In this document: piece after piece, positions 8,706 to 19,344 of the stretch | How the letters are laid out: the number at the start of each line of letters is the position of its first letter | Position numbering within the stretch: the first letter of the stretch is position 1 | DNA from: Gammaproteobacteria bacterium | GTDB taxonomy: Bacteria > Pseudomonadota > Gammaproteobacteria > Steroidobacterales > Rariloculaceae | NCBI GenBank assembly: GCA_004357505.1 | Contig: SMWC01000113.1 | Span: 1 to 32,596, forward strand | Direction: 5' to 3' | DNA length: 32,596 nt | Notes under the pieces: model-generated | What the model was told of the DNA's origin: nothing | The model's database searches: none | The model's input: the letters and a program-made list of their open reading frames with translations, nothing else | Position numbers and translations under genes: made by a program

Positions 8706-10142
8706 CTAATCGCTGTTCCTGCGCCAAAACAGTGCCCCGGACCTCCCGATTACGAACCACGCAGCGAAGCAGGCCAGGACAGCATGCACGACAAAAGAAT
8801 ACTCGAGGACCGAAAGATAACCGAACATCATGCCGTGCACATAATCCCCACCCTGTTCGATCGGCCCGCTGCCCATGAACACGGAGACGAAGACCGTGAC
8901 GATAGCCATGCTTGCCACCATGCCCAGCGAGCGCATCTTTGCCGACAGAGCGGACGCCATACTGATTTGATCCTGCTCGACACTATGCAAGATCAGCGAC
9001 ATATTCGGCGAGGAGAATAAGGCGAAGCCAACCCCCTGAGTCATCAGGACGGCGATGATATACGGTAATCCCGTCCCGATCGTGACGGTAGTTGCCATCA
9101 ATAGGCTGACCATGACGAAAAGTGCCCCCAGCGCCGCCAGCCCCTTCGGTGAGTAGCGATCCGCCAAGCGTCCCGCGATCGGTGCGATGATCGCCATGAC
9201 GATGGGCGAACTCATCAGCACGAATCCTGCTTCTTGCGGCGAAAACCCACTCAGCAGCTGCAGATAGATACTGAACAGGAAAATCATGCCGAACCCGCCT
9301 GCGTAGATCACGAACAGCCCGAGTAATGCGCCCCTATACTCCTTGTTCTGGCGAATCCTACCGACTTCCAGCATTGGCCGGGCACTACGCCTGTCGAGTT
9401 CGAAGAATGCAACACAGGCGGCGACAGCCAGCGCAAGCAACAGATAGCCAATGGCGCCACGCCCGAGTGATGCGCAAGCGAAGATCAACAAAAAGACCGC
9501 CGCGATGACACACGAACTAGCGCGCCAGTTAAGGTCGGGCGCGGAGAATCGCCAGTGTTTCAGCTTCGCTTCCACGACGATGAACGATACGAACAACGGT
9601 ACCGCGGTAAGGTAGTACACCCAGCGCCAACCCAACTGGGTGGTCACCAGGCCGGCAACGAACGGGCCGGCTGCCAGGCCCGCATAGACCGCGCCCAAGC
9701 ACAGCCCGATCGCCCTGCCGCGAGCGTGTGCCGAGGCGTTCTCGAAGAGTATGGCCATCGCCGTCGCACCCATGAACGCCGAGGCGACACCCTGCACAAA
9801 GCGCACCGTAATGATTGTCGCCATCGAGGGCAGAAATCCGATCAGCAAAGTGGCGGCGGCATAAATCAGGAGTCCGGTCTTGAACAGCGTGATCCTATCC
9901 GCGCTCTCCGCTATACGCCCCAAGGGCAACAGGAACGCCGCGCCGGCACCCAAATACACGGTCTCGATCAAGGTCAATGCCACACCGCTGGCGCTCAGCT
10001 CAAGTCCGGTCGCCGGCAGCGTTAACGCCACACCCGAATACATGAACGGAATGGCGAACTGTGTCAGGACGATGACATAGACCACCGCGTGCATGCTTTG
10101 CTCTGGCAACGCTCCGTTCGTCGAACTCCGCACCGTACTCAA
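8706..10142 (-). CDS. MFS transporter, 14-TM drug:H+ antiporter (EmrB/QacA-like) type
   Basis: About 14 hydrophobic segments over 478 aa, with a typical MFS loop GRIAESADRITLFKTGLL after TM2. The start is uncertain: TTG 10142 versus ATG 10094. Confidence 0.85.
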   Translation of the reverse strand: MSTVRSSTNGALPEQSMHAVVYVIVLTQFAIPFMYSGVALTLPATGLELSASGVALTLIETVYLGAGAAFLLPLGRIAESADRITLFKTGLLIYAAATLLIGFLPSMATIITVRFVQGVASAFMGATAMAILFENASAHARGRAIGLCLGAVYAGLAAGPFVAGLVTTQLGWRWVYYLTAVPLFVSFIVVEAKLKHWRFSAPDLNWRASSCVIAAVFLLIFACASLGRGAIGYLLLALAVAACVAFFELDRRSARPMLEVGRIRQNKEYRGALLGLFVIYAGGFGMIFLFSIYLQLLSGFSPQEAGFVLMSSPIVMAIIAPIAGRLADRYSPKGLAALGALFVMVSLLMATTVTIGTGLPYIIAVLMTQGVGFALFSSPNMSLILHSVEQDQISMASALSAKMRSLGMVASMAIVTVFVSVFMGSGPIEQGGDYVHGMMFGYLSVLEYSFVVHAVLACFAAWFVIGRSGALFWRRNSD

Positions 10143-10260
10143 GATTTCCCGATCCCATCGGCCACTGAATAGGAATGCAGCAGACTAGACGATCCGGCCC
10201 ACGCATGAATCACATCAGCGCGGCTCACATCCAAAGTTTTCTCAAGTAGGGGACTCGAGT

Positions 10261-11562
10261 TCAGGGACGCGTCTGTCCAGTCCCTCTGACGACATACTTG
10301 TAGCTCGTCAGCTGCTCGACACCCACCGGCCCGCGAGCATGAATGCGCCCCGTGGCGATGCCGATCTCGGCGCCCATGCCGAACTCGCCGCCGTCCGCAT
10401 ACTGAGTCGAGGCATTGTGCATCACAATTGCGCTGTCGAGCTCGTTGAGGAAGCGCTCTGCGGCCACAGCGTCCGCCGTGATGATCGCATCCGTATGCCC
10501 GGAACCATAGCGGCGGATATAGTCCAACGCCTGGTCCAGATCATCCACGACACGGACTGCGACGATCGAGTCCAGAAATTCGTGACCCCAGTCGCTCTCA
10601 GCCGCTGGCTTCACGCGAGTGTCGGCTGCCTGAGTGCGCGGGTCGCCGCGCACCTCGCAACCGGCATCGATTAGACTCGCTACGACCGGTCCTAGATGCG
10701 TATCCACAATCGCCTCGTCAACGAGAATCGTTTCGGTCGCACCACAAATCCCGGTGCGCCGCATTTTGGCGTTGACCGAAACCTCGCACGCCATGTCGAC
10801 GTCCGCGCCACTGTGTATATAGGTGTGACAAAGACCCTCCAGATGGCCCATGACCGGCACCCGAGCGTCCGCCTGAACTCTGGCGATCAGGTTCTTGCCG
10901 CCGCGGGGCACGACGATGTCCACAAACTCGGCCATGTCTCGGAGTAAGATGCCTACCGCTTCGCGATCCTGGGTAGGAACTCTTTGAATCGCCGTCTCCG
11001 GCAAACCCGCAGCCGTCAGGCCTTGCACGAGACACGCGTGTATTGCCGTGTTGGATTCCACCGCCTCGGAGCCGCCTCTTAATATCACGGCATTGCCGCT
11101 CTTCAGGCAGAGCGCGCCCGCATCTGCCGTCACGTTCGGGCGGCTCTCGTAAATAATGCCGATGACGCCCAGCGGTACCCGCACGCGCTGAATTATCAGC
11201 CCGTTGGGACGCTGCCACTCCGCCATAATGTCGCCGATGGGATCCGCGAGCTCGGCGATGTCCTCTAAGGACATGGCAATACCGTCGAGCCGCTCGGGCG
11301 TCAATGCCAGGCGGTCGAGCATGGCCGCGGATAAATCGCGCTTGCGACCGTTGGCCAGATCGATCTCGTTCGCACTCAAAATGTCGTCCGCCGAGGTACG
11401 CAGGGCTTGCGCCGCAGCCCGCAGCGCCACGTTCTTGCTGTCCGTGCTCGCCCGTCCGAGGAGCTCGGCCGCTTGCCGTGCTCTGCGTCCGAGCAGAAGC
11501 ATCTGCCCGTGCAGCCGATCGCCGCTGCTTGTCTTGGCCAGATGTCTTTCCGCCATCGTCAT
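10261..11562 (-). CDS. proA: Glutamate-5-semialdehyde dehydrogenase (gamma-glutamyl phosphate reductase)
   Basis: Full-length ProA-like sequence: [43 protein letters not shown]-type region [36 protein letters not shown]. Its start ATG overlaps the proB stop (TAATG). Confidence 0.95.
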   Translation of the reverse strand: MTMAERHLAKTSSGDRLHGQMLLLGRRARQAAELLGRASTDSKNVALRAAAQALRTSADDILSANEIDLANGRKRDLSAAMLDRLALTPERLDGIAMSLEDIAELADPIGDIMAEWQRPNGLIIQRVRVPLGVIGIIYESRPNVTADAGALCLKSGNAVILRGGSEAVESNTAIHACLVQGLTAAGLPETAIQRVPTQDREAVGILLRDMAEFVDIVVPRGGKNLIARVQADARVPVMGHLEGLCHTYIHSGADVDMACEVSVNAKMRRTGICGATETILVDEAIVDTHLGPVVASLIDAGCEVRGDPRTQAADTRVKPAAESDWGHEFLDSIVAVRVVDDLDQALDYIRRYGSGHTDAIITADAVAAERFLNELDSAIVMHNASTQYADGGEFGMGAEIGIATGRIHARGPVGVEQLTSYKYVVRGTGQTRP

Positions 11563-12716
11563 TAGCCTGTCTCTGCGTGTGTCAGCACCAAATCGTCCCG
11601 ATGAATCATCTCATCCCGGCCGCGATAGTCCAATATTGCCGCAATTGCATCGGAGCGCCGCCCCAAAATGGCACGGGCATCCGCCGCGCCGTAGGCGATC
11701 AGCCCGCAACCGAACTCGTGCCCGTCTTGATCGATCACAGAAACCGCGTCACCGCGCTCGAACTCGCCGTCAACCCGTGTCACGCCAGCGGGCAGCAGGC
11801 TCTTACCGGCCACCAATGCCGCCTTCGCTCCGGCATCGACGGTAAGCCTGCCCTTGAGCTGCAGCATCCCGGCCAGCCACTGCTTACGTGCAGCCCGCGG
11901 CGTCGAACTGGGCAGAAACCAGGTCACTCTGGCACCCGCTTGCACCGCTTGAATAGGTCGCGAGACCTGGCCCGGCGCGATCAACATTCGGCAGCCAGCG
12001 TCCATCGCGATACGGGCCGCCTCGAGCTTCGTGCGCATCCCGCCGGAGCCATAAGTCGATCCGGGGCCACCGGCCATGTCCCAGTGTTCCTTGGTTAACT
12101 TCGTGACCTCCGGAATATGCCGGGCGTCAGAGTCGGTTCGTGGATCGCCCGTATACAGCCCATCTACATCGGACAGCAAGATGAGACAATCCGCGCTCAC
12201 CATTTGCGCAACCCGGGCTGCAAGCCGGTCATTGTCGCCGTAACGTATCTCCAGCGTCGCGACCGTATCGTTCTCATTGACGACGGGTACCGCGCGACAT
12301 TTCAGCAGCGTGGACAGTGTATTCGCGGCGTTGAGATAGCGGCGTCTGCTCTCACTATCGTCGAGCGTCAGCAGCACCTGGGCCGCGCTGATACCGTGGC
12401 AACCTAGAATCTCCTGATAAGCGTGGGCGAGTTGAATCTGCCCGGCCGCGGCCGCTGCTTGATATTCCTCCAGTCTGGCTCTGCCGATCTTTAGCCCGAG
12501 CTGGCTCGCGCCCAGGGCAATAGCGCCTGAGGAGACGATGATGACCTCCTGCCCGTTCGCATGCATCGCTGCTACGTCCGCACACAGGGCCTCGAGCCAG
12601 GAACGATGAAGCGTACCAGTGTCGTGATCCACAAAGAGTGTGGAGCCGATCTTTAAAACGATCCGCCGCGCATCGGCAAGTCGCTTCGCGCTGAGTGATC
12701 TCGATTCAGCAACCAT
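11562..12716 (-). CDS. proB: Glutamate 5-kinase with C-terminal PUA domain
   Basis: [32 protein letters not shown] and [13 protein letters not shown] motifs, plus a C-terminal PUA-like region (GRLTVDAGA...[18 protein letters not shown]). ATG 12716 is chosen. The extra 37 codons in the ORF track (to 12827) are non-homologous and would overlap the 3' end of ilvH. Confidence 0.95.
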   Translation of the reverse strand: MVAESRSLSAKRLADARRIVLKIGSTLFVDHDTGTLHRSWLEALCADVAAMHANGQEVIIVSSGAIALGASQLGLKIGRARLEEYQAAAAAGQIQLAHAYQEILGCHGISAAQVLLTLDDSESRRRYLNAANTLSTLLKCRAVPVVNENDTVATLEIRYGDNDRLAARVAQMVSADCLILLSDVDGLYTGDPRTDSDARHIPEVTKLTKEHWDMAGGPGSTYGSGGMRTKLEAARIAMDAGCRMLIAPGQVSRPIQAVQAGARVTWFLPSSTPRAARKQWLAGMLQLKGRLTVDAGAKAALVAGKSLLPAGVTRVDGEFERGDAVSVIDQDGHEFGCGLIAYGAADARAILGRRSDAIAAILDYRGRDEMIHRDDLVLTHAETG

Positions 12717-12748
12717 GTGAGTTGTCCGGGCGGAGCGCGGTAGACGTC

Positions 12749-13246
12749 CTACGTGGGAGTTAGAATCGGTGCACCTCTGGCGACCGCCATGGCACCACTG
12801 CGTACCACCGTGAGGATATCGGCGCATTCGGCGACGCTCACCATGAACCGATCGATATCATGGCTACCGCCGATCAGCTCAACGGTGAAGTGCCCCTGGT
12901 GGTCATCCAATATCCGGGCACCGAAGTCACTGACCATTCCGGAGAGCTCATCCCGGCCTGCTTCGTGCAGCTGCAATTTGAACAACGCGAGTTCCCGCTC
13001 AATATGATCGCCGTCCGTCATATCGACGATGTTGACGACGTCCACGAGTTTGACGAGTTGCTTTGAAATTTGGTCTATAACAGCGTTGGAACCCGTGGTC
13101 ACGAGCGTCAGGCGAGACACCAGTTCGTTGTTCGTCGGCGCAACATTGAGGCTTTCAATATTATAGCCACGCGTAGAGAACAGGTTCGCCACACGAGCCA
13201 ACGCGCCAGCTTCGTTTTGCAGCAGTATTGAAATGATATGTCGCAT
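12749..13246 (-). CDS. ilvH: Acetolactate synthase small (regulatory) subunit
   Basis: MRHIISILLQNEAGALARVANLFSTRGYNIESLNVAPT...KQLVKLVDVV... is colinear with E. coli IlvH (ACT domain plus ALS_ss_C), at 165 aa. Confidence 0.9.
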   Translation of the reverse strand: MRHIISILLQNEAGALARVANLFSTRGYNIESLNVAPTNNELVSRLTLVTTGSNAVIDQISKQLVKLVDVVNIVDMTDGDHIERELALFKLQLHEAGRDELSGMVSDFGARILDDHQGHFTVELIGGSHDIDRFMVSVAECADILTVVRSGAMAVARGAPILTPT

Positions 13247-13409
13247 TCTGTCTACCCAGATTTATCCTTACGGGCTGCGGCCTGAACCGATCAATGTTGG
13301 CCCAGAACAACGGCTATTGCAATGCACAAACTTTTCGTCAACACTCCCAAAAACCACCATAGTCGTGATTGGAAAACTGACGACAGCGGACATTGTTTCG
13401 AGCAGAGCC

Positions 13410-15260
13410 ATGGATAGCCGGACCCAAACCAAACTAGATCGCCCGCACCCCCTGACCGGTACCGTGATGACCGGTGCCGACATGATGATCCAGGTGCTTG
13501 CCGACGAGGGCGTGAAGACGATCTTTGGCTATAGCGGCGGCGCGATTCTACCGACTTACGATGCGGTCTTTCGCTACAACCAAACCCACGCTGAGAATGG
13601 CGTCGAGCCAATGCCGCTGATAGTCCCCGCCAATGAACAGGGTGCGGGATTCATGGCTTCAGGCTTCGCCCGCGCGACCGGCCAGGTCGGCGTCGCTATC
13701 GTCACCTCGGGTCCCGGGGCCACGAACTGTGTGACCCCGGTTCGAGATTGCATGGCGGACTCGATTCCGATCGTTGTGATCTGTGGGCAAGTCGCGACCG
13801 CAGCGATCGGCACGGACGCTTTTCAGGAAGCACCGGTGATCGGCATCATGGGCTCGGTCGCCAAGCATGTTTTCCTCGTGACCGATCCTAAGCGGCTGGA
13901 ATCTACGCTGCGGTCTGCGTTCGAGATTGCGCGCGCGGGTCGTCCTGGCCCGGTCGTCGTAGACGTTCCCAAAGATGTACAGAATTGGGAAGGAACTTTC
14001 CACGGCGAGGGCTTGCTGTCGATGCCCGGCTTTCAGCATCGCGTGGAAGCAGTCCGGAAGAACCAACTGGATGATGTGCGTTGTAAAGAATTCTTTGCGA
14101 TGATCCAGGAGAGCAGGCGGCCATTGATTTATGCTGGTGGCGGCGTGATCAACGGCAACGCAAGCGACGAGCTGCGGAGTTTCGCATCGAACTTCGATAT
14201 CCCGGTTGTAACTACATTAATGGGCTTGGGCGGATTCGATACGACTCACCCGCTAGCCATGCACATGCTGGGCATGCACGGCACCGCGTACGCGAACTAT
14301 GCGGTGGACGACTGCGATTTGCTAATCAACATCGGTGCCCGCTTCGACGATCGGGTCGCTGGAGATCCGTCGAAGTTCGCGGCCAATGCCCGATCTGTGA
14401 TTCATTTCGATATTGATCCATCCGAGATCCAGAAGGTCAAGCCGGTAGACTGGTTCCATGTCGGCTTGCTCGCCGATGCGTTAGCCGCATTGATTGATTA
14501 CGGGCATCGCAGCGGCATTGCTACGGACTTTGGCACGTGGCATGCAGAGCTTAAGGAATTGAGGTCGACCTATGCGCTGAACTACGATCGCGACAGCTCA
14601 CTAATCCAGCCCAACTACGTCATCGAAGCGATTAACGAGATCACGAAGGGCAAGGCAATCATCACGACCGGCGTGGGGCAGCACCAGATGTGGGCAGCGC
14701 AATACTTCGACTTTCGTGAGCCCAGACTCTGGCTCACATCGGGAAGCATGGGGACAATGGGTTTTGGTTTACCGGCCGCCATTGGCGCTCAGTTCGCGCG
14801 CCCCGACCGGCTCGTGATCGACCTGGACGGCGATGCCAGTATTCGTATGAACCTAGGAGAACTCGAAACAGTCACGACCTATAACTTGCCGATCAAGATC
14901 GTGGTTCTGAACAACTACGGTGACGGCATGGTCATGCAATGGCAACGGATGTTCTTCAAGGGGCGTCTGTCCGGTAGCGACAAATCGCTACGGAAGAAGG
15001 ACTTTATCAAAGCTGCCCAGGCCGACGGTTTCCCTTATGCGAAGAAGCTCGATCGCAAACAGGATGTCCCTGAAGTACTGGCGGAATTTTTGCGCTACGA
15101 CGGCCCGGCATTTCTCGAGGTCATCATCGACCCCGAAGCCGGGGTCTATCCCATGGTACCGCCCGGCCTGTCTTATCGGGATATGGTCACCGGCGATTTC
15201 ATCCCGAGTCGCTACGACAACCCAGTGGTGGCGACGCCCGACGCATCGGAAACGTTCTAG
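13410..15260 (+). CDS. ilvI: Acetolactate synthase large (catalytic) subunit, biosynthetic type
   Basis: ThDP enzyme motifs: GADMMIQVLADEGVKTIFGYSGGAILP, TSGPGATN, GSMGTMGFGLPAAIGA, DGDASIRMNLGELET, VLNN. ATG 13410 is chosen; the ORF-track start at 13233 adds 59 non-homologous codons and overlaps ilvH. The ilvI versus ilvB naming is arbitrary. Confidence 0.9.
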   Translation: MDSRTQTKLDRPHPLTGTVMTGADMMIQVLADEGVKTIFGYSGGAILPTYDAVFRYNQTHAENGVEPMPLIVPANEQGAGFMASGFARATGQVGVAIVTSGPGATNCVTPVRDCMADSIPIVVICGQVATAAIGTDAFQEAPVIGIMGSVAKHVFLVTDPKRLESTLRSAFEIARAGRPGPVVVDVPKDVQNWEGTFHGEGLLSMPGFQHRVEAVRKNQLDDVRCKEFFAMIQESRRPLIYAGGGVINGNASDELRSFASNFDIPVVTTLMGLGGFDTTHPLAMHMLGMHGTAYANYAVDDCDLLINIGARFDDRVAGDPSKFAANARSVIHFDIDPSEIQKVKPVDWFHVGLLADALAALIDYGHRSGIATDFGTWHAELKELRSTYALNYDRDSSLIQPNYVIEAINEITKGKAIITTGVGQHQMWAAQYFDFREPRLWLTSGSMGTMGFGLPAAIGAQFARPDRLVIDLDGDASIRMNLGELETVTTYNLPIKIVVLNNYGDGMVMQWQRMFFKGRLSGSDKSLRKKDFIKAAQADGFPYAKKLDRKQDVPEVLAEFLRYDGPAFLEVIIDPEAGVYPMVPPGLSYRDMVTGDFIPSRYDNPVVATPDASETF

Positions 15261-15348
15261 CCCGCTCGCGGCTCTAGGGCGCGTCCTGGTGGGGCAGCTA
15301 CGACAAGCGCCGGCCTGAGGAACCGGGTACGCCACCATTAAGCCGACC

Positions 15349-16602
15349 TCAGGAGGGCAGAGCAGACCAGTCCTTGACCACACGGTTGACCGCCTGTATC
15401 AGCGTGTCCAGCTCTTCGGCGCCGATGACCAGCGGCGGCATCAGATAGATCACATCTGCGAAGGGCCGCACCCAGACGCCGGCCTCCAGAAATCGTTGCC
15501 GCAGAGCGTCCAGATCGGGCACTCGATCCAGCTGCACGACACCGATGGCCCCTTTGACTCGTACATCGCGAACCTGTGCCAGCCCGCGGCAAGGCGCCAG
15601 GCCCGCCTCGAACCCGGCCTCGATGGCCGCCACCTGCTCAAGACGCGGCTCCGATTCGAATAAGTCCAGTGACGCGTTCGCCGCCGCGCAGCCCATCGGG
15701 TTACCGCAAAATGTCGGGCCGTGCACGAGCGCCTGATCGATCGAGTCGGACAGAAAGCTCTCATAAACATGACGCCTGGCGATTGTCGCCGCCAGCGGCA
15801 CGGTGCCTCCGGTCAACGCCTTGGAAAGCGTCATGATATCCGGCACGACACCGGCCTGCTCGCACGCGAACATCGTTCCCGTGCGCCCGAAACCGGTCGT
15901 AATTTCGTCAAAGATAACAAGCAGGTCATAGCGGGCGGCAATCTCGGTGATTTTCGCCAGAACTTCGGGTTGATGAAACTTCATGCCCGCCGCTGCCTGA
16001 ACGAGCGGCTCGATAATGACCGCGGCGAGCTCGGCAGCATGTTTGGCCACGACCTGTTCGAACTCGGTAAATTCGGCAGCGCCCCGCGGCAACTTGACCA
16101 CGAGCTGCTGGGCTAAGACACCGCTCAACAGCCGATGCATACCTTTATCGGGATCACAGACCGACATGGCTGCGAACGTGTCGCCGTGATAGGCGTGCTG
16201 AAAACTCAAGAATCGCGAGCGGGCCTGTACACCCTGGTTAATCCAGAACTGCACCGCCATCTTCAACGCAATCTCGACAGACACCGAACCGGACTCGGAG
16301 AAGAAGACGTAGTCGAGATCTCCGGGAAGCAGGCCCGCAAGCCGACGGCTCAGATCCAGGACGGGCTTATGCACTAGGCCGCCGAGCATGACGTGGGGTA
16401 ACTGCTCAAGCTGTGCCGCCACAGCGGCAGCGATATGCGGGTGGTTATAACCGTGGCAGGCCGTCCACCACGACGAAGTACCGTCGATCAAGCATCTGCC
16501 GTCCGCCAAATAGATACGTACGCCCTCGGTTCGGGTCACCATCTGCGGCGCGGGCACCGTCTGCATCTGCGAGTACGGCAGCCAGAGGTGGGATGAAGTC
16601 AT
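15349..16602 (-). CDS. bioA: Adenosylmethionine-8-amino-7-oxononanoate aminotransferase
   Basis: Class III aminotransferase with BioA N-terminus [51 protein letters not shown], and PLP-Lys context LSKALTGG. Confidence 0.93.
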   Translation of the reverse strand: MTSSHLWLPYSQMQTVPAPQMVTRTEGVRIYLADGRCLIDGTSSWWTACHGYNHPHIAAAVAAQLEQLPHVMLGGLVHKPVLDLSRRLAGLLPGDLDYVFFSESGSVSVEIALKMAVQFWINQGVQARSRFLSFQHAYHGDTFAAMSVCDPDKGMHRLLSGVLAQQLVVKLPRGAAEFTEFEQVVAKHAAELAAVIIEPLVQAAAGMKFHQPEVLAKITEIAARYDLLVIFDEITTGFGRTGTMFACEQAGVVPDIMTLSKALTGGTVPLAATIARRHVYESFLSDSIDQALVHGPTFCGNPMGCAAANASLDLFESEPRLEQVAAIEAGFEAGLAPCRGLAQVRDVRVKGAIGVVQLDRVPDLDALRQRFLEAGVWVRPFADVIYLMPPLVIGAEELDTLIQAVNRVVKDWSALPS

Positions 16603-16736
16603 CGACTGCTTTGTTATTGCTGAGGTGCGCCAAGTTTAGGGACACTCGGAGGAGTCGGCAACACAAGGTAGCGTTACATGAGCTGCGAGCTCGTATGCCG
16701 TGAGTAGGTATACTTGTGACTCATCCGCACAACTCG

Positions 16737-18101
16737 ATGATGATGACAGAAATTACTTGCTTCAAAGCCTACGATGTCCGCGGCCGAGTCCCAGAGGAAC
16801 TGAATGAGGACATCGCTTATCGCATCGCCCGAGCCTATGCCGACTTCATCCAGCCACAGCGTGTTACGGTCGGTCGCGATATCCGCCTGTCGAGCGCCGA
16901 CCTTGCGCGAGCGGTGATACGGGGCCTTACTGATTCAGGCGTCAACGTCGTCGATATCGGCGTCGGCGGCACCGAACTCGTCTACTTCACCACATTCCAT
17001 GAAAAACTCGATGGCGGGATCATGGTGACCGCCAGTCATAATCCCCCGGACTACAACGGCATGAAGTTCGTTAGAGAGGAGTCGCGACCTATCAGCGCGG
17101 ATACGGGATTGCAGGAGATACGCGCCTCGGCCGAAAGAGACGACTTCACCCCAACGGCTAACGAGGGCTCCGTCGCCGAGCTGGATATCATTCCGGCCTA
17201 CATCGAGCATCTGCTGTCCTACGTCGACGTGGCGAGACTCTCGCCGCTAAAGATCGTCGTGAACGCCGGCAATGGTGGCGCCGGTCCGATCATCGACCGA
17301 CTGGAATCACATCTGCCGTTCGAATTCATCAAGCTGCACCACGAACCCGACGGCACGTTCCCGAACGGCGTACCGAACCCGATGTTGGCAGCCAACCGGC
17401 AGAGCACAATCGAACGAATCACAGAGACGGGCGCCGATCTCGGACTGGCTTGGGACGGCGACTACGACCGTTGTTTCTTCTTTGACGAACAAGGCCGCTT
17501 TATCGACGGCTACTACGTCGTCGGCTTGCTCGCACAGTCATTTCTCGACAAGTCCCCCGGGGACCGCATCGTCCACGACCCGCGACTCATCTGGAACACG
17601 CTTGAAATCGTGCAACAGACAGGTGGCCAGGCTATTCAGAGCAAGTCCGGACACGCGTTCATCAAGCAGACCATGCGCGAGTACGACGCAGTCTACGGCG
17701 GGGAGATGAGCGGACATCACTATTTCCGAAACTTCTCTTACGCCGACAGCGGCATGATTCCGTGGCTGCTGGTCGCAGAAATCCTGAGCCGAACCGGGAC
17801 GGCGTTGTCCTTGCTGGTCGAGGAGCGCATCAGGCTCTTCCCGGCCAGTGGAGAAATAAATCGAGCGGTCGACGATGCCGCCGAAGTACTCGAACGTGTA
17901 GAAGGCCTGTACGCCCAGGACGCCACAACTGTCGATCATGTGGACGGCGTCAGCGTTGAATTTTCGGACTGGCGCTTTAACCTGCGCGCATCGAATACGG
18001 AGCCACTCGTACGGCTGAACGTAGAGACCCGCAACGACCCCGAGCTGATGCGCGTGCGAACCGACGAACTGCTGAAAGCCGTGGGCGGAAAGCCTGGGTA
18101 G
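16737..18101 (+). CDS. manB: Phosphomannomutase/phosphoglucomutase (ManB/CpsG type)
   Basis: Colinear with E. coli ManB/CpsG over the whole length: CFKAYDVRG, TASHNPPDYNGMKF (catalytic Ser loop), AWDGDYDRCFFFDE (Mg site), GGEMSGHHYF, NLRASNTEPLVRLNVE. The start is one of three consecutive ATGs at 16737-16745; the ORF track uses GTG 16716. Confidence 0.9.
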   Translation: MMMTEITCFKAYDVRGRVPEELNEDIAYRIARAYADFIQPQRVTVGRDIRLSSADLARAVIRGLTDSGVNVVDIGVGGTELVYFTTFHEKLDGGIMVTASHNPPDYNGMKFVREESRPISADTGLQEIRASAERDDFTPTANEGSVAELDIIPAYIEHLLSYVDVARLSPLKIVVNAGNGGAGPIIDRLESHLPFEFIKLHHEPDGTFPNGVPNPMLAANRQSTIERITETGADLGLAWDGDYDRCFFFDEQGRFIDGYYVVGLLAQSFLDKSPGDRIVHDPRLIWNTLEIVQQTGGQAIQSKSGHAFIKQTMREYDAVYGGEMSGHHYFRNFSYADSGMIPWLLVAEILSRTGTALSLLVEERIRLFPASGEINRAVDDAAEVLERVEGLYAQDATTVDHVDGVSVEFSDWRFNLRASNTEPLVRLNVETRNDPELMRVRTDELLKAVGGKPG

Positions 18102-18144
18102 TTATCTTCAAACGGAGATTCCAGATTCTCCTGCGACAGATCCT

Positions 18145-19344
18145 GTGTCAGACTCCGATCGACGTCGAACCGGGACACAAGTTTTGACTCAGGATTCTTT
18201 ACAGCAGTTCGCTCACGAGAAATTGGTTCGCCTGGAAGCGCAACTTCTGCAGCGGGAACTCGTGATAACCGATCGCATCGCCCCAGGGATCACTCGACGG
18301 GGTGCGACACAGCTGATTTCGTTCGCCTGCAATGATTATCTCAGCCTATCCCGCCATCCGGATGTGATTCAGGCGAGCGAGGAAGCCACTCGACGCCTCG
18401 GCGTTGGAGCGGGCGCATCACGCCTGGTGACCGGCAATCACTCACTATATCAGCGCCTCGAAGCACAGCTCGCGAAACTCAAAGGCACCGAGGACGCGAT
18501 CGTGTTCGGTAGCGGCTACCTCACGAATATCGGCGCGATTCCCGCGCTGATGGGGCGGTCCGATCTGATCCTCATGGACGAAGCTTGCCACTCCTGCTTG
18601 TACTCCGGCGCCAGGCTCGCACGAAGCCGAATTTTTACATTCAAACACAACGACGTCGGCGACGCCGCGGAGCTGCTCCGCTTGCACCGCAACGAGTATC
18701 GCTATTGTCTGCTCTTGACCGAGGGTGTGTTCAGCATGGATGGGGATCGAGCACCCATCGCCGCTTTGCTCAAGCTCGCGAACGAGTTCGATGTCTGGCT
18801 CATGACCGATGACGCTCACGGTCTAGGCGTGGTAGGCGACGGCCGAGGATCGAATATCGACGCAGGCACCGCGTTGCCCGTACCGCTACAGATGGGAACG
18901 CTGTCCAAGGCCGTGGGCGCTTACGGCGGATATTTGTGCACGAGCCGGGCAGTTGCCGACTTGATACGGAACCGTGCACGAAGCCTGATCTACTCGACCG
19001 CCCTGCCCCCAGGAACGGTGGCCGCCGCGTCAAAGGCGCTGGAGATCATTGCGACGGACAAGGCCTTAGTACGGAAACCCATCGAGCGAGCGCGGCTCTT
19101 CACGGATAAGCTTGGCTTACCCACCGCACAGAGCTCGATCGTACCGTTGCTGCTCGGCAGCTCGGAGCGAGCGTTGAAGGCCAGCGAGCATTTACAACAA
19201 GCTGGCTATCTGGTCGTCGCGATTCGCCCGCCGACGGTACCAGTCGACACCGCGCGCCTTCGCTGCACATTCTCGGCTGCTCACGAAACGGCCGACGTTG
19301 AAGCTTTCGCGCGCGCAGCCGCAGAGGCACTAGCGGCAGTATGA
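18145..19344 (+). CDS. bioF: 8-amino-7-oxononanoate synthase
   Basis: Alpha-oxoamine synthase motifs: FACNDYLSLS, GAGASRLVTGN, DDAHGLGVVG, and PLP-Lys context GTLSKAVG. The start is uncertain (GTG 18145 or TTG 18184; no in-frame ATG). The stop overlaps the bioD start (ATGA). Confidence 0.9.
   Translation: MSDSDRRRTGTQVLTQDSLQQFAHEKLVRLEAQLLQRELVITDRIAPGITRRGATQLISFACNDYLSLSRHPDVIQASEEATRRLGVGAGASRLVTGNHSLYQRLEAQLAKLKGTEDAIVFGSGYLTNIGAIPALMGRSDLILMDEACHSCLYSGARLARSRIFTFKHNDVGDAAELLRLHRNEYRYCLLLTEGVFSMDGDRAPIAALLKLANEFDVWLMTDDAHGLGVVGDGRGSNIDAGTALPVPLQMGTLSKAVGAYGGYLCTSRAVADLIRNRARSLIYSTALPPGTVAAASKALEIIATDKALVRKPIERARLFTDKLGLPTAQSSIVPLLLGSSERALKASEHLQQAGYLVVAIRPPTVPVDTARLRCTFSAAHETADVEAFARAAAEALAAV

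Noticed and set aside
12717-12827. N-terminal 37-codon extension of the proB ORF
   Set aside because: The extension (MRRYPHGGTQWCHGG...) has no similarity to glutamate 5-kinases and would overlap the 3' end of ilvH. The conserved ProB N-terminus begins just after ATG 12716.
13233-13409. N-terminal extension of the ilvI ORF, including a Thr/Ile/Val-rich stretch (KTTIVVIGKLTT) that looked like an ilv-type attenuator leader peptide
   Set aside because: The stretch is in the same frame as ilvI with no start or stop codon of its own. The extension overlaps the ilvH start on the other strand. I could find no terminator/antiterminator hairpins, so attenuation cannot be supported.
16611-16666. Imperfect inverted repeat TTGTTATTGC ... 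GCAACACAA in the bioA/manB divergent region, considered as a BirA (bioO) operator
   Set aside because: The arms are imperfect and separated by ~37 nt, much wider than the compact ~40-bp bioO palindrome. The half-sites do not match the TGTAAACC-type consensus that I know.
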